From an uncultured Candidatus Saccharibacteria bacterium (GTDB lineage: Bacteria; Patescibacteriota; Doudnabacteria; UBA920), in the NCBI GenBank assembly GCA_964631145.1, contig CAZVXT010000002.1, positions 1,140 to 65,139 on the forward strand: 64,000 bases of DNA, written 5' to 3'. The notes under the pieces were generated by a model. That model was not told the origin of the DNA, made no database searches, and saw nothing but the letters and a program-made list of their open reading frames with translations. The position numbers and the translations under genes are program-made. Positions 33,336 to 43,215 of the stretch are shown here, in pieces (the stretch's first letter is position 1; each line of letters opens with the position of its first letter).

Positions 33336-35711
33336 TTATTGCTTGCTGCTAAAGTTTTTCAAAGCGTTATTATCTTTTGTTGCCCCTAATATATAATAAA
33401 GTCTATTATTCTCTGTAAATGCGTATCCGTGCTCGTATATTCCTTTGATATTAAATTGATAAACATCTTTATTATCAATTTTTTCTTGTGTGATATTAGA
33501 GATATTGCTTTGTGAAGATAAGAAGTTTTTAAGTCCTTCCATATTTGCTCCCTGAGCTTGATATGTTTGAATGTCTATAACTCCATTTGCAGCCTGAAAA
33601 GTTACTTCATTAGCAGTTTGTTTGGTAACTTGCCAATCTTTTGGTTTATCAAAAGAGAATTTTAATTGGTCATTATTGTAATTTTCTACTTGAGGTTGGT
33701 TATCAGTTTGCGGTGCGGTTAAGTTTTGATTACTTGTATTGTTTGAATCTGATGGTTCTTGTCCTCGTAAAAATTCAATTGAATTTCTTGGATCATCTGA
33801 TGAACCGGTGACTACTATTTCTGGGTTAGAAGAATTTTTGTCTTTGGAGTTTTGGCTAGCAATTATAACCCCACCAATTATCACTGCTGCTAACAGAATT
33901 CCTAAGTATAATTTTGCTCTAGATTTTTTTGTAGGTGTAGGAGTACTGGTGTTGTCGTTTGATAGTGGCTGTGCCAGAGGAGTGTAAGAATTGCTCCCAC
34001 TGTTATTTTCTTCAGCATCAGTTTCTGGTCCTTGTTCTTCTGGATGCAGATTTTGGTTATTGGATAATTGGGTAGATACTAATATGCCCAAAACAATAAA
34101 GATAATGCCATAGACCATTACTGTTTTATTAGCATCTACAATACCTTGTTGGGTAATTTGCTTTAGCTCGTTAGTAATAGTTTGAGGTAGTGGGTTATTG
34201 TTGGTGCTAGCATTGCCTCCAAAAGATATATCAGAAATATTTTTGGATACATTTTGCTCAATGGTAGTCTTTGCTTGATCAGGAATTATTTTGCTATCTG
34301 CGATGCTGGTGTTAACATTGCTTGTTAAAGCTGAAAGAAGAACAGCTCCTAATATAGCAGATCCCAATGTTTGCCCAACCATACGTAAGGTATTGTTTAC
34401 TCCAGAAGCTTCACCTGCTTCTTGAGCAGAAACTGCTGACAAAGTAATGTTGCTAACTTGAGCCATAATTAGCCCCATGCCAAAACCAAAAATAATAAAT
34501 CCTGGAGCTAGGTGCCATGCAGTAGCATCAACTTTTAAGCTATAGATTAAAACTAAAAAAGCAAGAGCGCTAAGGCTTAAGCCAATTTGTACTAATCTTT
34601 TTGGTTTGATGTATTTGATTAAGACTGCAGATAGAGGTGCGGCAACTAAAAGAGCTAAGGACATTGGTAATAGTGTTAGTCCTGTGTGTAGAGCATCAAG
34701 TCCACGTACTGCTTGCAAAAATACTGGTATGGTAAAGAACAATCCAGATTGTCCTAGTGCTAAAATTGCTGTTGTTGCCGAGCCAACCACAAATTGTTTG
34801 TTTCTAAATAGATTTAAAGAGAGTAGAGGAGTGGATCCTCTGTTTTCGTAGTATCGTTCCCAAAACATAAAGCCAGCTAAGATAATCAAACCTAGAACGA
34901 TAAACAAAGGTGTGGCAGAAAGACTGCCTAAATTAAGAGTGTGGTGTAAAAATACCAATTGTTCTTTAGCCTTAAACCACCCAAAAGTAGATGCTTGGAT
35001 AAATCCAAAAACAATAGATAATAAACCTAAAGAGGATAATAAAATTCCAATAAAGTCGATTTTTGATTTTGTACGTAGTTGATGATTTTCTTTAATTAAT
35101 AAAGAGCCAATTAAAACTAAGGCTACTACTAAAATATTAATTCTAAAGCCCCAGCGCCAGCTATAATTGGTTGTTAGCCAGCCACCCAAAATTGGACCAA
35201 TTGCAGAAGAGGCCGCTGCGATTCCACCCCATACACCAAAAGCTACGGCACGGTCTCGTCCTTTATAGTTAGTAACCAATAAGGAAGCTGTTGCAGGCAT
35301 CATTAATGCTGCCCCAATTCCTTCTACTATAGCTTCGCCGGTTATCATAAAGCCAATGCTCTTACTGATAGAAGCTAAAAAAGATCCAATAGCAAAAATG
35401 ATTGCACCGATCACAAACATTTTTTTGCGACCAAAAAGATCGCCAAGTCTACCACCGGTAATAGTAAATGCAGCAAGAATTAATGAGTAGATTGTAATTA
35501 CCCATTGCATGCTGTGTAGATTAGTATTTAGATCTTTGATGATTGTTTTAAGGCTGACATTTAGCAAAGTTGTATCAATAACAATAATTGCTAATGCCAA
35601 GCTCAGCACTACTAAACCAGCCCATTTTTTAACAAAAGGCTGGTTGCTCATATTAATGTGCTCTGGTTGCTCATTTTGATCTGATTGAAGAATTGAATTG
35701 TCTACGTTCAT
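33336..35711 (-). CDS. MFS transporter (DHA2/EmrB-like, 14 TMs) with a ~300-aa C-terminal extracytoplasmic extension.
   Basis: 'GRLGDLFGRKKMF' and 'WRWGFRINI' are MFS motifs, and multiple TMs are present. The C-terminal 300 aa is hydrophilic and Asn/Ser/Gln-rich, and follows a final TM. Confidence 0.8.
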   Translation of the reverse strand: MNVDNSILQSDQNEQPEHINMSNQPFVKKWAGLVVLSLALAIIVIDTTLLNVSLKTIIKDLNTNLHSMQWVITIYSLILAAFTITGGRLGDLFGRKKMFVIGAIIFAIGSFLASISKSIGFMITGEAIVEGIGAALMMPATASLLVTNYKGRDRAVAFGVWGGIAAASSAIGPILGGWLTTNYSWRWGFRINILVVALVLIGSLLIKENHQLRTKSKIDFIGILLSSLGLLSIVFGFIQASTFGWFKAKEQLVFLHHTLNLGSLSATPLFIVLGLIILAGFMFWERYYENRGSTPLLSLNLFRNKQFVVGSATTAILALGQSGLFFTIPVFLQAVRGLDALHTGLTLLPMSLALLVAAPLSAVLIKYIKPKRLVQIGLSLSALAFLVLIYSLKVDATAWHLAPGFIIFGFGMGLIMAQVSNITLSAVSAQEAGEASGVNNTLRMVGQTLGSAILGAVLLSALTSNVNTSIADSKIIPDQAKTTIEQNVSKNISDISFGGNASTNNNPLPQTITNELKQITQQGIVDANKTVMVYGIIFIVLGILVSTQLSNNQNLHPEEQGPETDAEENNSGSNSYTPLAQPLSNDNTSTPTPTKKSRAKLYLGILLAAVIIGGVIIASQNSKDKNSSNPEIVVTGSSDDPRNSIEFLRGQEPSDSNNTSNQNLTAPQTDNQPQVENYNNDQLKFSFDKPKDWQVTKQTANEVTFQAANGVIDIQTYQAQGANMEGLKNFLSSQSNISNITQEKIDNKDVYQFNIKGIYEHGYAFTENNRLYYILGATKDNNALKNFSSKQ

Positions 35712-35858
35712 AAAATATAGTTAACGAATTTACATTATACTGTTTTTAAGCATATAAATCAAATCTTGAATTATTATAATTTAACACCCATTATTGGAGT
35801 TTCATAAAATAAAAGACCGTTAAAATTAACGGTCCGAGAAAAGTTTATTTCTCATTTC

Positions 35859-36287
35859 TTATAATCCCGGATCGTTTGTGCCCGGGTCTTCATAAAACAT
35901 TAAAAATATTTGCAGTAGCATAGGGACTGATTTTTTCAACTCAGCTTTTGTTGCCGGAATATTTTGAAATTTTATTTCGACTTGATCATAACCTGCAAAA
36001 AATATCATGCCGGTAAAATCATGATCTGTCATTAAACTTTCCGCTGTGTCTTTGGCTGCAATAACCGGTTGACCAGTTTTAATATCCAGCACAACGTAAA
36101 CTGATTCGCCAGCATCGGTAAAAGGTTTTGAAAATTTAACACTCAGTTTGTTTGGTGTATCGAAGTTAAAAGTTGCCGTAACATCATTTGGCATGACGTA
36201 GGTTTCGTCGTTTGCGTAAGCAAAAGAAGTGGTAGTTAAAACCAACATGGCGCACGCCATGACTAAAATTTTAATGTATTTTTTCAT
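35859..36287 (-). CDS. Secreted protein with a signal peptide.
   Basis: The signal peptide is 'MKKYIKILVMACAMLVLTTTSFAYA', and the protein is 142 aa. A terminator lies at 35808-35834. Confidence 0.5.
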   Translation of the reverse strand: MKKYIKILVMACAMLVLTTTSFAYANDETYVMPNDVTATFNFDTPNKLSVKFSKPFTDAGESVYVVLDIKTGQPVIAAKDTAESLMTDHDFTGMIFFAGYDQVEIKFQNIPATKAELKKSVPMLLQIFLMFYEDPGTNDPGL

Positions 36288-36383
36288 TGGTCCTCCGTTC
36301 TATAATAGAACTTATATTTCTAACATATTTATTATTATTTGTCAATATTGGGATAAAACTAAAATATTTAGTATAATTTAGCT

Positions 36384-38120
36384 ATGAAATTTTATATTGG
36401 ACAGTTAATTTCTGAGGCTATTAAACAAATTAGTCCTGAAGAAAGCGAAGCGATTTTATCTGCTGCTACTTTTGATGTGTCTTATCCAAAACCAGAGTTT
36501 GGTGACTATGCCAGCAATGCAGCTATGATGCTTTTCAAAAATTTTAATGTAAAACCTGCCTCAAACCCCGCAGAATTTGCCAAGTTGATTGCAAAAACTG
36601 CTTTTGAAATTGATAAAAATAAGACTTTTTCTAAAATTGAAAATGCAGGCGGTTTTATTAATTTTACTTTAGCTAATAGTTATTTGCTTTTTAATTTAAA
36701 TCAAATTTTAGAACAGAAAAATAATTTTGGACTGCAAGAAAAAAAGGATGGTGAAAAGATTCTATTAGAATATTTTCAGCCTAATGTTGCCAAGCCTCTT
36801 CATTTGGGTCATTTGGAAAATGGAATTTTTGGTGACAGCTTATTTAAGTTGTTAACAGCGACTGGTAAAATCGTTGAATCAGATACTCATCTAGGGGACT
36901 GGGGAACTCAGTTTGGTCTTTTGTTATTGGCTTTCAAAATGTGGGGAGATATGTCAGTTATCGAGCAGGATCCTATTGTTGAACTTAATAAATTATATGT
37001 AAAAATTAACCAAGAAATTGAAAGCAATCCCGGGCTTCGAGAACAAGGAAAAGCTGAATTTGTAAAGTTGGAGCAGGGTGATCAGCAAAACTATGATCTA
37101 TGGCAAAAATTTAAGGAATGGAGCTGGCAAGAATACGATTTTATGTATAAAGAGGTTGGTATAAGGCAAGCTGATCACGATTTCCCAGAAAGTTTTTATA
37201 TAGACTTGATGCCAAAAGTGTTAGACATGCTTAACTCAAAAGGTTTGCTTGTTCAGTCTGAGGGTGCACAAATTGTCAATTTAGAACAGTTTAATTTGGG
37301 TATTGCTGTTGTGGTAAAGTCCGATGGTGGTACAACATATCTGCTTCGCGATTTAGCCACTTATATTCACCGTAAAGAAATGGGTTTTGCTAAACAGTTT
37401 TATGTAGTTGATGTGCGCCAGTCTCATGCCTTGGCTCAGACATTTAAAATTTTACAGTTGTTAGGTGTTATTGATAATAATTTTGAAGCCAAACATATTG
37501 CTTACGGATTTTTAAAATTACCTGATGGTGCAATGAGTACTCGTAAGGGTACTGTTATCGGTGCCAAAGAGTTATATGAGGATGCGAGAGCTGCGTCTCT
37601 AAAAATTGTAGAACAAAAGAATCCAGATCTAGAAGATAAAGAAAGTGTATCTAAAATAATTGCAAATGCAGCGATAAAATATTTTATTTTATCGCGCAAT
37701 CTAAAAAACGATATTATTTTTGATAAAGAAAATTCTTTATCGTTTGAAGGAAACACTGGTCCTTATTTGCAGTATACTCATGCACGTATTTGTGGGATTA
37801 CCAGAAAGGTGGGGATAGAAGCTTCTAATATAAATCCTAGCTTTGATCAAATCAATACTAGCGAACAGTTAGTACTGAGAAAGCTACAGCAATATCAGGC
37901 AGTTGTTAATTCTGCGGCAGATAATTTCTTGCCAAACACCTTATGTTCTTATTTATTTGAATTGTCTCAAGATTTTAATAATTTTTATGAACATAACTCT
38001 GTGGTTAATGCTGATTCGGAAGGTTCAAAACAGCTTAGGTTGGCTATTTCTGTAGCCACTGCACAAGTTATAAAAAATGGTTTGGACTTATTGGGTATTA
38101 CTGCTCCACAACAGATGTAG
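36384..38120 (+). CDS. argS: Arginine--tRNA ligase.
   Basis: Contains the class I HIGH motif 'PNVAKPLHLGHLENG' and a C-terminal DALR anticodon-binding region. The length of 578 aa is consistent with ArgS. Confidence 0.9.
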   Translation: MKFYIGQLISEAIKQISPEESEAILSAATFDVSYPKPEFGDYASNAAMMLFKNFNVKPASNPAEFAKLIAKTAFEIDKNKTFSKIENAGGFINFTLANSYLLFNLNQILEQKNNFGLQEKKDGEKILLEYFQPNVAKPLHLGHLENGIFGDSLFKLLTATGKIVESDTHLGDWGTQFGLLLLAFKMWGDMSVIEQDPIVELNKLYVKINQEIESNPGLREQGKAEFVKLEQGDQQNYDLWQKFKEWSWQEYDFMYKEVGIRQADHDFPESFYIDLMPKVLDMLNSKGLLVQSEGAQIVNLEQFNLGIAVVVKSDGGTTYLLRDLATYIHRKEMGFAKQFYVVDVRQSHALAQTFKILQLLGVIDNNFEAKHIAYGFLKLPDGAMSTRKGTVIGAKELYEDARAASLKIVEQKNPDLEDKESVSKIIANAAIKYFILSRNLKNDIIFDKENSLSFEGNTGPYLQYTHARICGITRKVGIEASNINPSFDQINTSEQLVLRKLQQYQAVVNSAADNFLPNTLCSYLFELSQDFNNFYEHNSVVNADSEGSKQLRLAISVATAQVIKNGLDLLGITAPQQM

Positions 38121-38156
38121 TTTGATATTTAGCGTAATCACTAAGGTAAAATAAAA

Positions 38157-38244
38157 AGTATTTGATAATATTTTCACTAGTCCTCGCTCTATAAATAAAT
38201 ATATAAATAGAGCTGCGGAATTCGTTCAAATATTATCAAATACT
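38157..38244 (+). repeat. Conserved structured terminator-like element, copy 2. Its outer stem covaries with that of copy 1.
   Basis: The outer stem is agtatttgataatatt / aatattatcaaatact, a different sequence from copy 1 with the same geometry. The core tcactagtcctcgctcta-[AT loop]-atagagctgcggaattcgttc is conserved. It is followed by ttttt. Confidence 0.5.
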
Positions 38245-38689
38245 TTTTAAAAGATTGCAAAAAAAGAAGCCGCTGCGATATTTATTTGATCGCTAGCGGC
38301 TTTTGTCTACCCATTGGTAGACTGCGTCGAATTAGACAAGCGGTATTTCCGTATGCAGACTGTCTGCACTGTGCCCAATTGCACCGGCATCCGTTTGGCG
38401 TATCTATAGCCGGCAGTGTTCGCGGGCGAATCCGCTTCTCTTTTTATCGAAAGGGAACGTGGTTACAAGGAGCATTATAATCGCCGGCTAATATGGCGGC
38501 ATCTTCGCCGATCTTGTACCACATATTAGAATTTGTTCCCCCTTCATCGAAGGAAATATAATATCATAATAACAAGGTTTTGTCAACTGTGTATTGAGTT
38601 CTTTGAGAGAATCTATTTTATATAATCCAAAAAATAAAAAATTGTCACGATGGTAAATTTATTGTAAAATTAAGAAACTATAATTAAAT

Positions 38690-41680
38690 ATGTCTGATAT
38701 ACATATGAATACACAAGAATCAGAAACAAAAGCACCTGTTTCTAATAATCCAGATTTTGCAAAACTAGAACAAGAGGTTTTGGAAGGTTGGAAAAAAGAC
38801 AAAATTTTTGAAGAATCTCTTCATAAAACTAAAAACGGTAAGCCTTATATTTTTTATGATGGACCACCGTTTGCTACGGGGACTCCGCATTATGGACATT
38901 TATTAGGATCTACTGTTAAAGACGTTTTTGGGCGTTACCAAACTATGAATGGACGATTTGTGCGCCGTGTTTGGGGTTGGGATTGTCACGGTTTGCCAAT
39001 CGAAAATATAGTAGAGCAAAAATTACAAATTTCTGGCAAGAAGCAAATTGAAGAACTCGGCGTTGATAAATTTAATGCAGAATGTCGTACTAATGTTTTA
39101 ACTTATGTAGATGCATGGGGTGATATGATCGAGCGCATGGGTCGCTGGGTTGATTTTGACAATTCTTACAAGACCATGGATACCAAATTTATGGAAAGTG
39201 TTTGGTGGGGTCTAAAACAAATTTGGGATAAAGGATTGATCTACGAAGATAATAAAGTTTTGATGTATTGTAGCAGGTGTCAAACACCGGTTAGCAATTT
39301 TGAAGTGGCAATGGACAACAGTTATAAAGATGTCACCGAAAACTCTGTCTTTGTAAAATTTAAATTACTGTCTCGCCAGCGCATTGTAGATGACTTAATT
39401 GATGATAAAACTTATGTATTGGCTTGGACTACTACTCCATGGACTCTGCCTGGTAATACTGCGCTAAATATCGGCGGTGATATTGCCTATGTTATGGTAG
39501 AAAATAATGGCGAAAATTATATTTTAGCCAAAGATAGACTAGAAGTATTAGAGGGCGAGTACGAAGTTAAAGCAGAATTTACAGCTAGATCTTTGGAGGG
39601 TTTAAGCTATGAACCTCTCTATGCCGGAGTAATTGATAATCCAGATGGGACTGCTCATAAAATTTATATTGAAGATTATGTTACAACAGAAGACGGTACT
39701 GGTGTTGTGCATAATGCAGCGATGTATGGTGAAGAAGATTATGAAGCAGCAAAGCGCCGAAATCTTCCAAAGCAACATATATTGGATAACTCGGGAAATT
39801 ATACAGATCGTGTTCCAGAATATTTGCGAGGTTTGTTCTTTAAAGATGCAGACAAAGTCGTTTTAAAAGATTTGCAAAGTAAGCAGTTGGTTTACAAAAT
39901 TTTTGCTAATACTCATAGTTATCCTCACTGTTGGCGATGTAGTACTCCTTTGTACTACAGTGCTTTGCCGGCATGGTTTATTAATATTCAAAAGATAAAA
40001 TCTCGTCTATTAGAATTAAACCAAAATATTAATTGGTATCCAGGTCATTTGCGCGATGGACGTTTTGCCAAATCTGTAGAAACAGCTCCGGATTGGAATA
40101 TTTCTCGCAACCGTTATTGGGCAACAGCGTTGCCATTTTGGAAGTGCCAAACTTCTGGATGTAATAATCAAGTTTGTGTGGGTTCTGTTTCTGAACTAAA
40201 ACAGAAGTCGGTAAACTTTGATGAAGTTTATCCTAACTATCAAGCAAATAACCTAAACGCATTGGATTTGCACAAGCCATACATTGATCAAGTAAAGTTG
40301 TCTTGTGAAAGTTGTGGCGGCAAGATGAGTCGTGTTCCAGAAGTTGTAGATTGTTGGGTAGAGAGCGGCTCTATGCCTTTTGCGGAGCTTCATTATCCAT
40401 TTGAAAATCAAGAATTGTTTGCCAGTCGTTACCCAGCAGATTTTGTAGCAGAATACATAGCTCAAACCAGGGCGTGGTTTTATGTTATGCATGTAATAGG
40501 TACGATTATCTTTGATAAAGAGCCATTTAAGAATGTGGTAACAACAGGTAATATTTTGGCAGAAGATGGTAGTAAAATGAGCAAGAGTAAAAAGAATTAT
40601 CCTGACCCACAATTATTGATTGATAGCTATGGTATAGATCCAATGCGTTTTTACATGATGTCTGCTCCGGTAATGAATGCTGATGATCTTAGTTTTTCTG
40701 AAAAAGGTGTTGCAGAAATTAATCGCAAGTTGTCATTGATTTTATTTAATGTATGGCAATTCTTTAGAATGTATTCTTCAGAAAAAGTTAGTTTAGCCGA
40801 ACCTTCAGCAAATCATGTGTTGGATCAGTGGGTTTTAGCTCATTTAAAGCAAACCCAAATTGAAGTTACTAAACAATTAGATGCTTATAATACTGTCAAA
40901 GCATGTCGTGCTATCCAAGATTTTGTCACTCAACTATCTACTTGGTATGTGCGTCGCAGTCGCGATCGCATTAAGCAAGGCGGTGAGGCTGGTAAGCAAG
41001 CTTTACAAGTATTTGGTTATACGTTAGTTGAACTGACAAAGTTACTCGCTCCAATAATGCCTTTTATCGCAGAAAGATTGTACCAAGATTTAACTGGTAA
41101 TAAATCTGTTCATTTAGAGTCATGGAGTAAGGTTGAAAGTTTTGATCAGCAGTTATTGCAAGATATGGAAAGTATGAGATCTTTAGTCGAGTTAGGTTTA
41201 TCTCTTCGTAAAGAGCATAATCTTAAACTTAGACAGCCTTTAGCGGTATTACAATACGCTTTGCCTGATAGTGCAAATATATCTGATCAACTAAAAAATA
41301 TTCTTTTAGAAGAATTAAATGTAAAAGCTGTGAAGTTAATAGATGTCGATGTTGAAGATGGTTTTGTAGAAAAAGCTGATAATGGTATGGTGGTTAGATT
41401 AGATACAAAATTAACCCCAGAGTTAGAGCAAGAGGGGTTAGCTAGAGAAATTGAACGCCAGATTCAAGATCTCCGCAAGAAGAGTGGTTTGAAAATTGGA
41501 CAACAAGTTGTGCTTTATTACAATTCTTCTGATGAAGACATTGCTGCTGCTCTAAGTTTAGTAGACAAACAAAAAACTTTTATTACAGATATCAAGGTTG
41601 ACCCAGAAGTTGAAGCTGATTACGAAGCTCAGGTGGTTGTAAACAGTAAACCTTTATGGATTGGATTGAGTCTGGTTTAA
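38690..41680 (+). CDS. ileS: Isoleucine--tRNA ligase (type 2, lacking a C-terminal zinc-finger extension).
   Basis: 'PPFATGTPHYGHLLGS' is the HIGH motif, and 'GSKMSKSKKNYPDP' is the KMSKS motif. The editing domain is present. The protein is 996 aa. Confidence 0.95.
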   Translation: MSDIHMNTQESETKAPVSNNPDFAKLEQEVLEGWKKDKIFEESLHKTKNGKPYIFYDGPPFATGTPHYGHLLGSTVKDVFGRYQTMNGRFVRRVWGWDCHGLPIENIVEQKLQISGKKQIEELGVDKFNAECRTNVLTYVDAWGDMIERMGRWVDFDNSYKTMDTKFMESVWWGLKQIWDKGLIYEDNKVLMYCSRCQTPVSNFEVAMDNSYKDVTENSVFVKFKLLSRQRIVDDLIDDKTYVLAWTTTPWTLPGNTALNIGGDIAYVMVENNGENYILAKDRLEVLEGEYEVKAEFTARSLEGLSYEPLYAGVIDNPDGTAHKIYIEDYVTTEDGTGVVHNAAMYGEEDYEAAKRRNLPKQHILDNSGNYTDRVPEYLRGLFFKDADKVVLKDLQSKQLVYKIFANTHSYPHCWRCSTPLYYSALPAWFINIQKIKSRLLELNQNINWYPGHLRDGRFAKSVETAPDWNISRNRYWATALPFWKCQTSGCNNQVCVGSVSELKQKSVNFDEVYPNYQANNLNALDLHKPYIDQVKLSCESCGGKMSRVPEVVDCWVESGSMPFAELHYPFENQELFASRYPADFVAEYIAQTRAWFYVMHVIGTIIFDKEPFKNVVTTGNILAEDGSKMSKSKKNYPDPQLLIDSYGIDPMRFYMMSAPVMNADDLSFSEKGVAEINRKLSLILFNVWQFFRMYSSEKVSLAEPSANHVLDQWVLAHLKQTQIEVTKQLDAYNTVKACRAIQDFVTQLSTWYVRRSRDRIKQGGEAGKQALQVFGYTLVELTKLLAPIMPFIAERLYQDLTGNKSVHLESWSKVESFDQQLLQDMESMRSLVELGLSLRKEHNLKLRQPLAVLQYALPDSANISDQLKNILLEELNVKAVKLIDVDVEDGFVEKADNGMVVRLDTKLTPELEQEGLAREIERQIQDLRKKSGLKIGQQVVLYYNSSDEDIAAALSLVDKQKTFITDIKVDPEVEADYEAQVVVNSKPLWIGLSLV

Positions 41681-41685
41681 AATAT

Positions 41686-41714
41686 AAAAAACTTCCCAAA
41701 CGGGAAGTTTTTTA
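41686..41714 (+). terminator. Intrinsic terminator after ileS.
   Basis: cttccc-aaac-gggaag followed by TTTTTT. Confidence 0.65.
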
Positions 41715-41775
41715 TATTAAGACGCATCACTCGATAAAATTTATAGTTACATAACTATTTTGATATAATATACAT

Positions 41776-42480
41776 ATGCAAGCTAAAGATTTAATGACAA
41801 CTAAAGTAGTGACCGTGACTCCAGATACTCTTGTAAGTGAAGTGGCAGAAATCATGCACAAGTATCATTACAGTGGGTTGCCTGTTGTAAATGCAGATAA
41901 TCATGTTTTAGGTACGATCTCAGAAAGAGATTTTATTACTTCTGATTCTAATTTATACTTACCAACATATATCCAGATGCTTTCCAATATGGATTATGTT
42001 CAAGGTGCACATAAAAAATTGCCTTATGTGGTAGAACAGGTTGTTAATGCTAAAGCTAAAGATATTATGAATCAAAGTGTCCCTTTTGCTAGACCTGACA
42101 CTAGTATAGAAGACTTGGCTCGTATGTTTGGTGAGCAAAGAGCAAATCCTATACCAGTTACAGATAGCTCTAATCTATTGTTGGGTATTATTTCTCGTAG
42201 TGACCTGATTAAATTCTTTTCTCCATCAGAAGTAAGATCTACTTATGTCCCAGATACTCGACCTATCCCAAAAGAAAGATTAATTGATACTCAAGTTAAA
42301 TTTACTGAAAGCCATTTTTTAAAAAACTTTGCTTATATTGCAAAAGCCAAAGCAAATATTTGGTTAACAGCAACAGTTGTTTTGGTTTTGGTGGCATTTT
42401 TAGCAGGTGTGTTTTATGTCGCAGATCCTTTTGTTTTTGGTAAAAGCAATACTCCAAGCTCGCAAACAAAAAAACCATGA
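41776..42480 (+). CDS. CBS-domain pair protein with a C-terminal TM anchor.
   Basis: Two CBS motifs are present ('DLMTTKVVTVTPDTLVSEVAEIMHKYHYSGLPVV' and 'DIMNQSVPFARPDTSIEDLARMF'). The C-terminal TM is 'WLTATVVLVLVAFLAGVFYV'. Confidence 0.7.
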   Translation: MQAKDLMTTKVVTVTPDTLVSEVAEIMHKYHYSGLPVVNADNHVLGTISERDFITSDSNLYLPTYIQMLSNMDYVQGAHKKLPYVVEQVVNAKAKDIMNQSVPFARPDTSIEDLARMFGEQRANPIPVTDSSNLLLGIISRSDLIKFFSPSEVRSTYVPDTRPIPKERLIDTQVKFTESHFLKNFAYIAKAKANIWLTATVVLVLVAFLAGVFYVADPFVFGKSNTPSSQTKKP

Positions 42481-43196
42481 TGGATTTAAACTGCCAAGGT
42501 TTTTTGATTAAGCAACAAGATTTAGGCGAAGCTGATAAGCTTTGCACTTTTTTTACGCTCGAAAATGGAAAGTTTAGAGCCGTTGCAAAAAGCGTGAAAA
42601 AAATGCAAAGCAAGTTGGCGGGAAGTTTGCAATATGGACAATTGATCTCTCTCCAAACTGCAGGGAGATCCTCGCTTCCGACTATTATTGGTGCTTCGGT
42701 TTTAGAAAGTTATGATTCACTTCAAAACAATTATTTGTGTAGTTTAATATGGTTTGCTGTTGCAGAGATCATAAATATTTTGGTTGTAGATGGGCAAGAG
42801 CAGGAAAGACTGTTTAACTTTACGAAGGTATTTTTAAACAACCTTAACAATATAGATCAAAAAAAACAAGCTATGAATTTGCTAACTTGGTTTATAATTA
42901 TTGCCCTAGATTTAACCGGCTTTGGTATTAAGCAGTTAGAAAATCCGGCTCAGCAGATTTATTTTAGTTTAAGTGCTGGAGGTTTTGTAAATTCCTATGA
43001 AGATGGGGGAGTTTTGATAGATAAAACTGATTATCAAAAGTTTATTTCGCTTTTAGATTACAATAATTTTCACCCAGAAATTTTGTTTTCTATTTCGCTT
43101 TTACAACTAGTCGTCAAATTTACTGAATTTCAATTTGATAAGAAGCTAAAATCATTAAATATATTGCTATCGTGGTATAATGATAATAAAGAATAG
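42477..43196 (+). CDS. recO: DNA repair protein RecO, lacking the zinc-finger motif.
   Basis: The N-terminal OB-fold pattern 'GFLIKQQDLGEADKLCTFFTLENGKFRAVAKSVKKMQSKLAGSLQYGQLISL' parallels E. coli RecO '[50 protein letters not shown]'. Confidence 0.55.
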   Translation: MMDLNCQGFLIKQQDLGEADKLCTFFTLENGKFRAVAKSVKKMQSKLAGSLQYGQLISLQTAGRSSLPTIIGASVLESYDSLQNNYLCSLIWFAVAEIINILVVDGQEQERLFNFTKVFLNNLNNIDQKKQAMNLLTWFIIIALDLTGFGIKQLENPAQQIYFSLSAGGFVNSYEDGGVLIDKTDYQKFISLLDYNNFHPEILFSISLLQLVVKFTEFQFDKKLKSLNILLSWYNDNKE

Positions 43197-43215
43197 TAAT
43201 TAGTTTTCATATCTT

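Noticed and set aside
38286-38480. Plus-strand 64-aa ORF in the GC-rich block upstream of ileS.
   Set aside because: Its Arg/Cys/His-rich composition is typical of random translation of GC-rich DNA, and it has no SD. The region is better explained as an RNA or a foreign remnant. I kept it only as a finding, not a CDS.
38280-38690. T-box riboswitch leader for ileS.
   Set aside because: I looked for the T-box consensus (AAUUAGGGUGGNACCGCG) and a specifier-loop context and did not find them on the plus strand. The strongest terminator in the block is on the minus strand.
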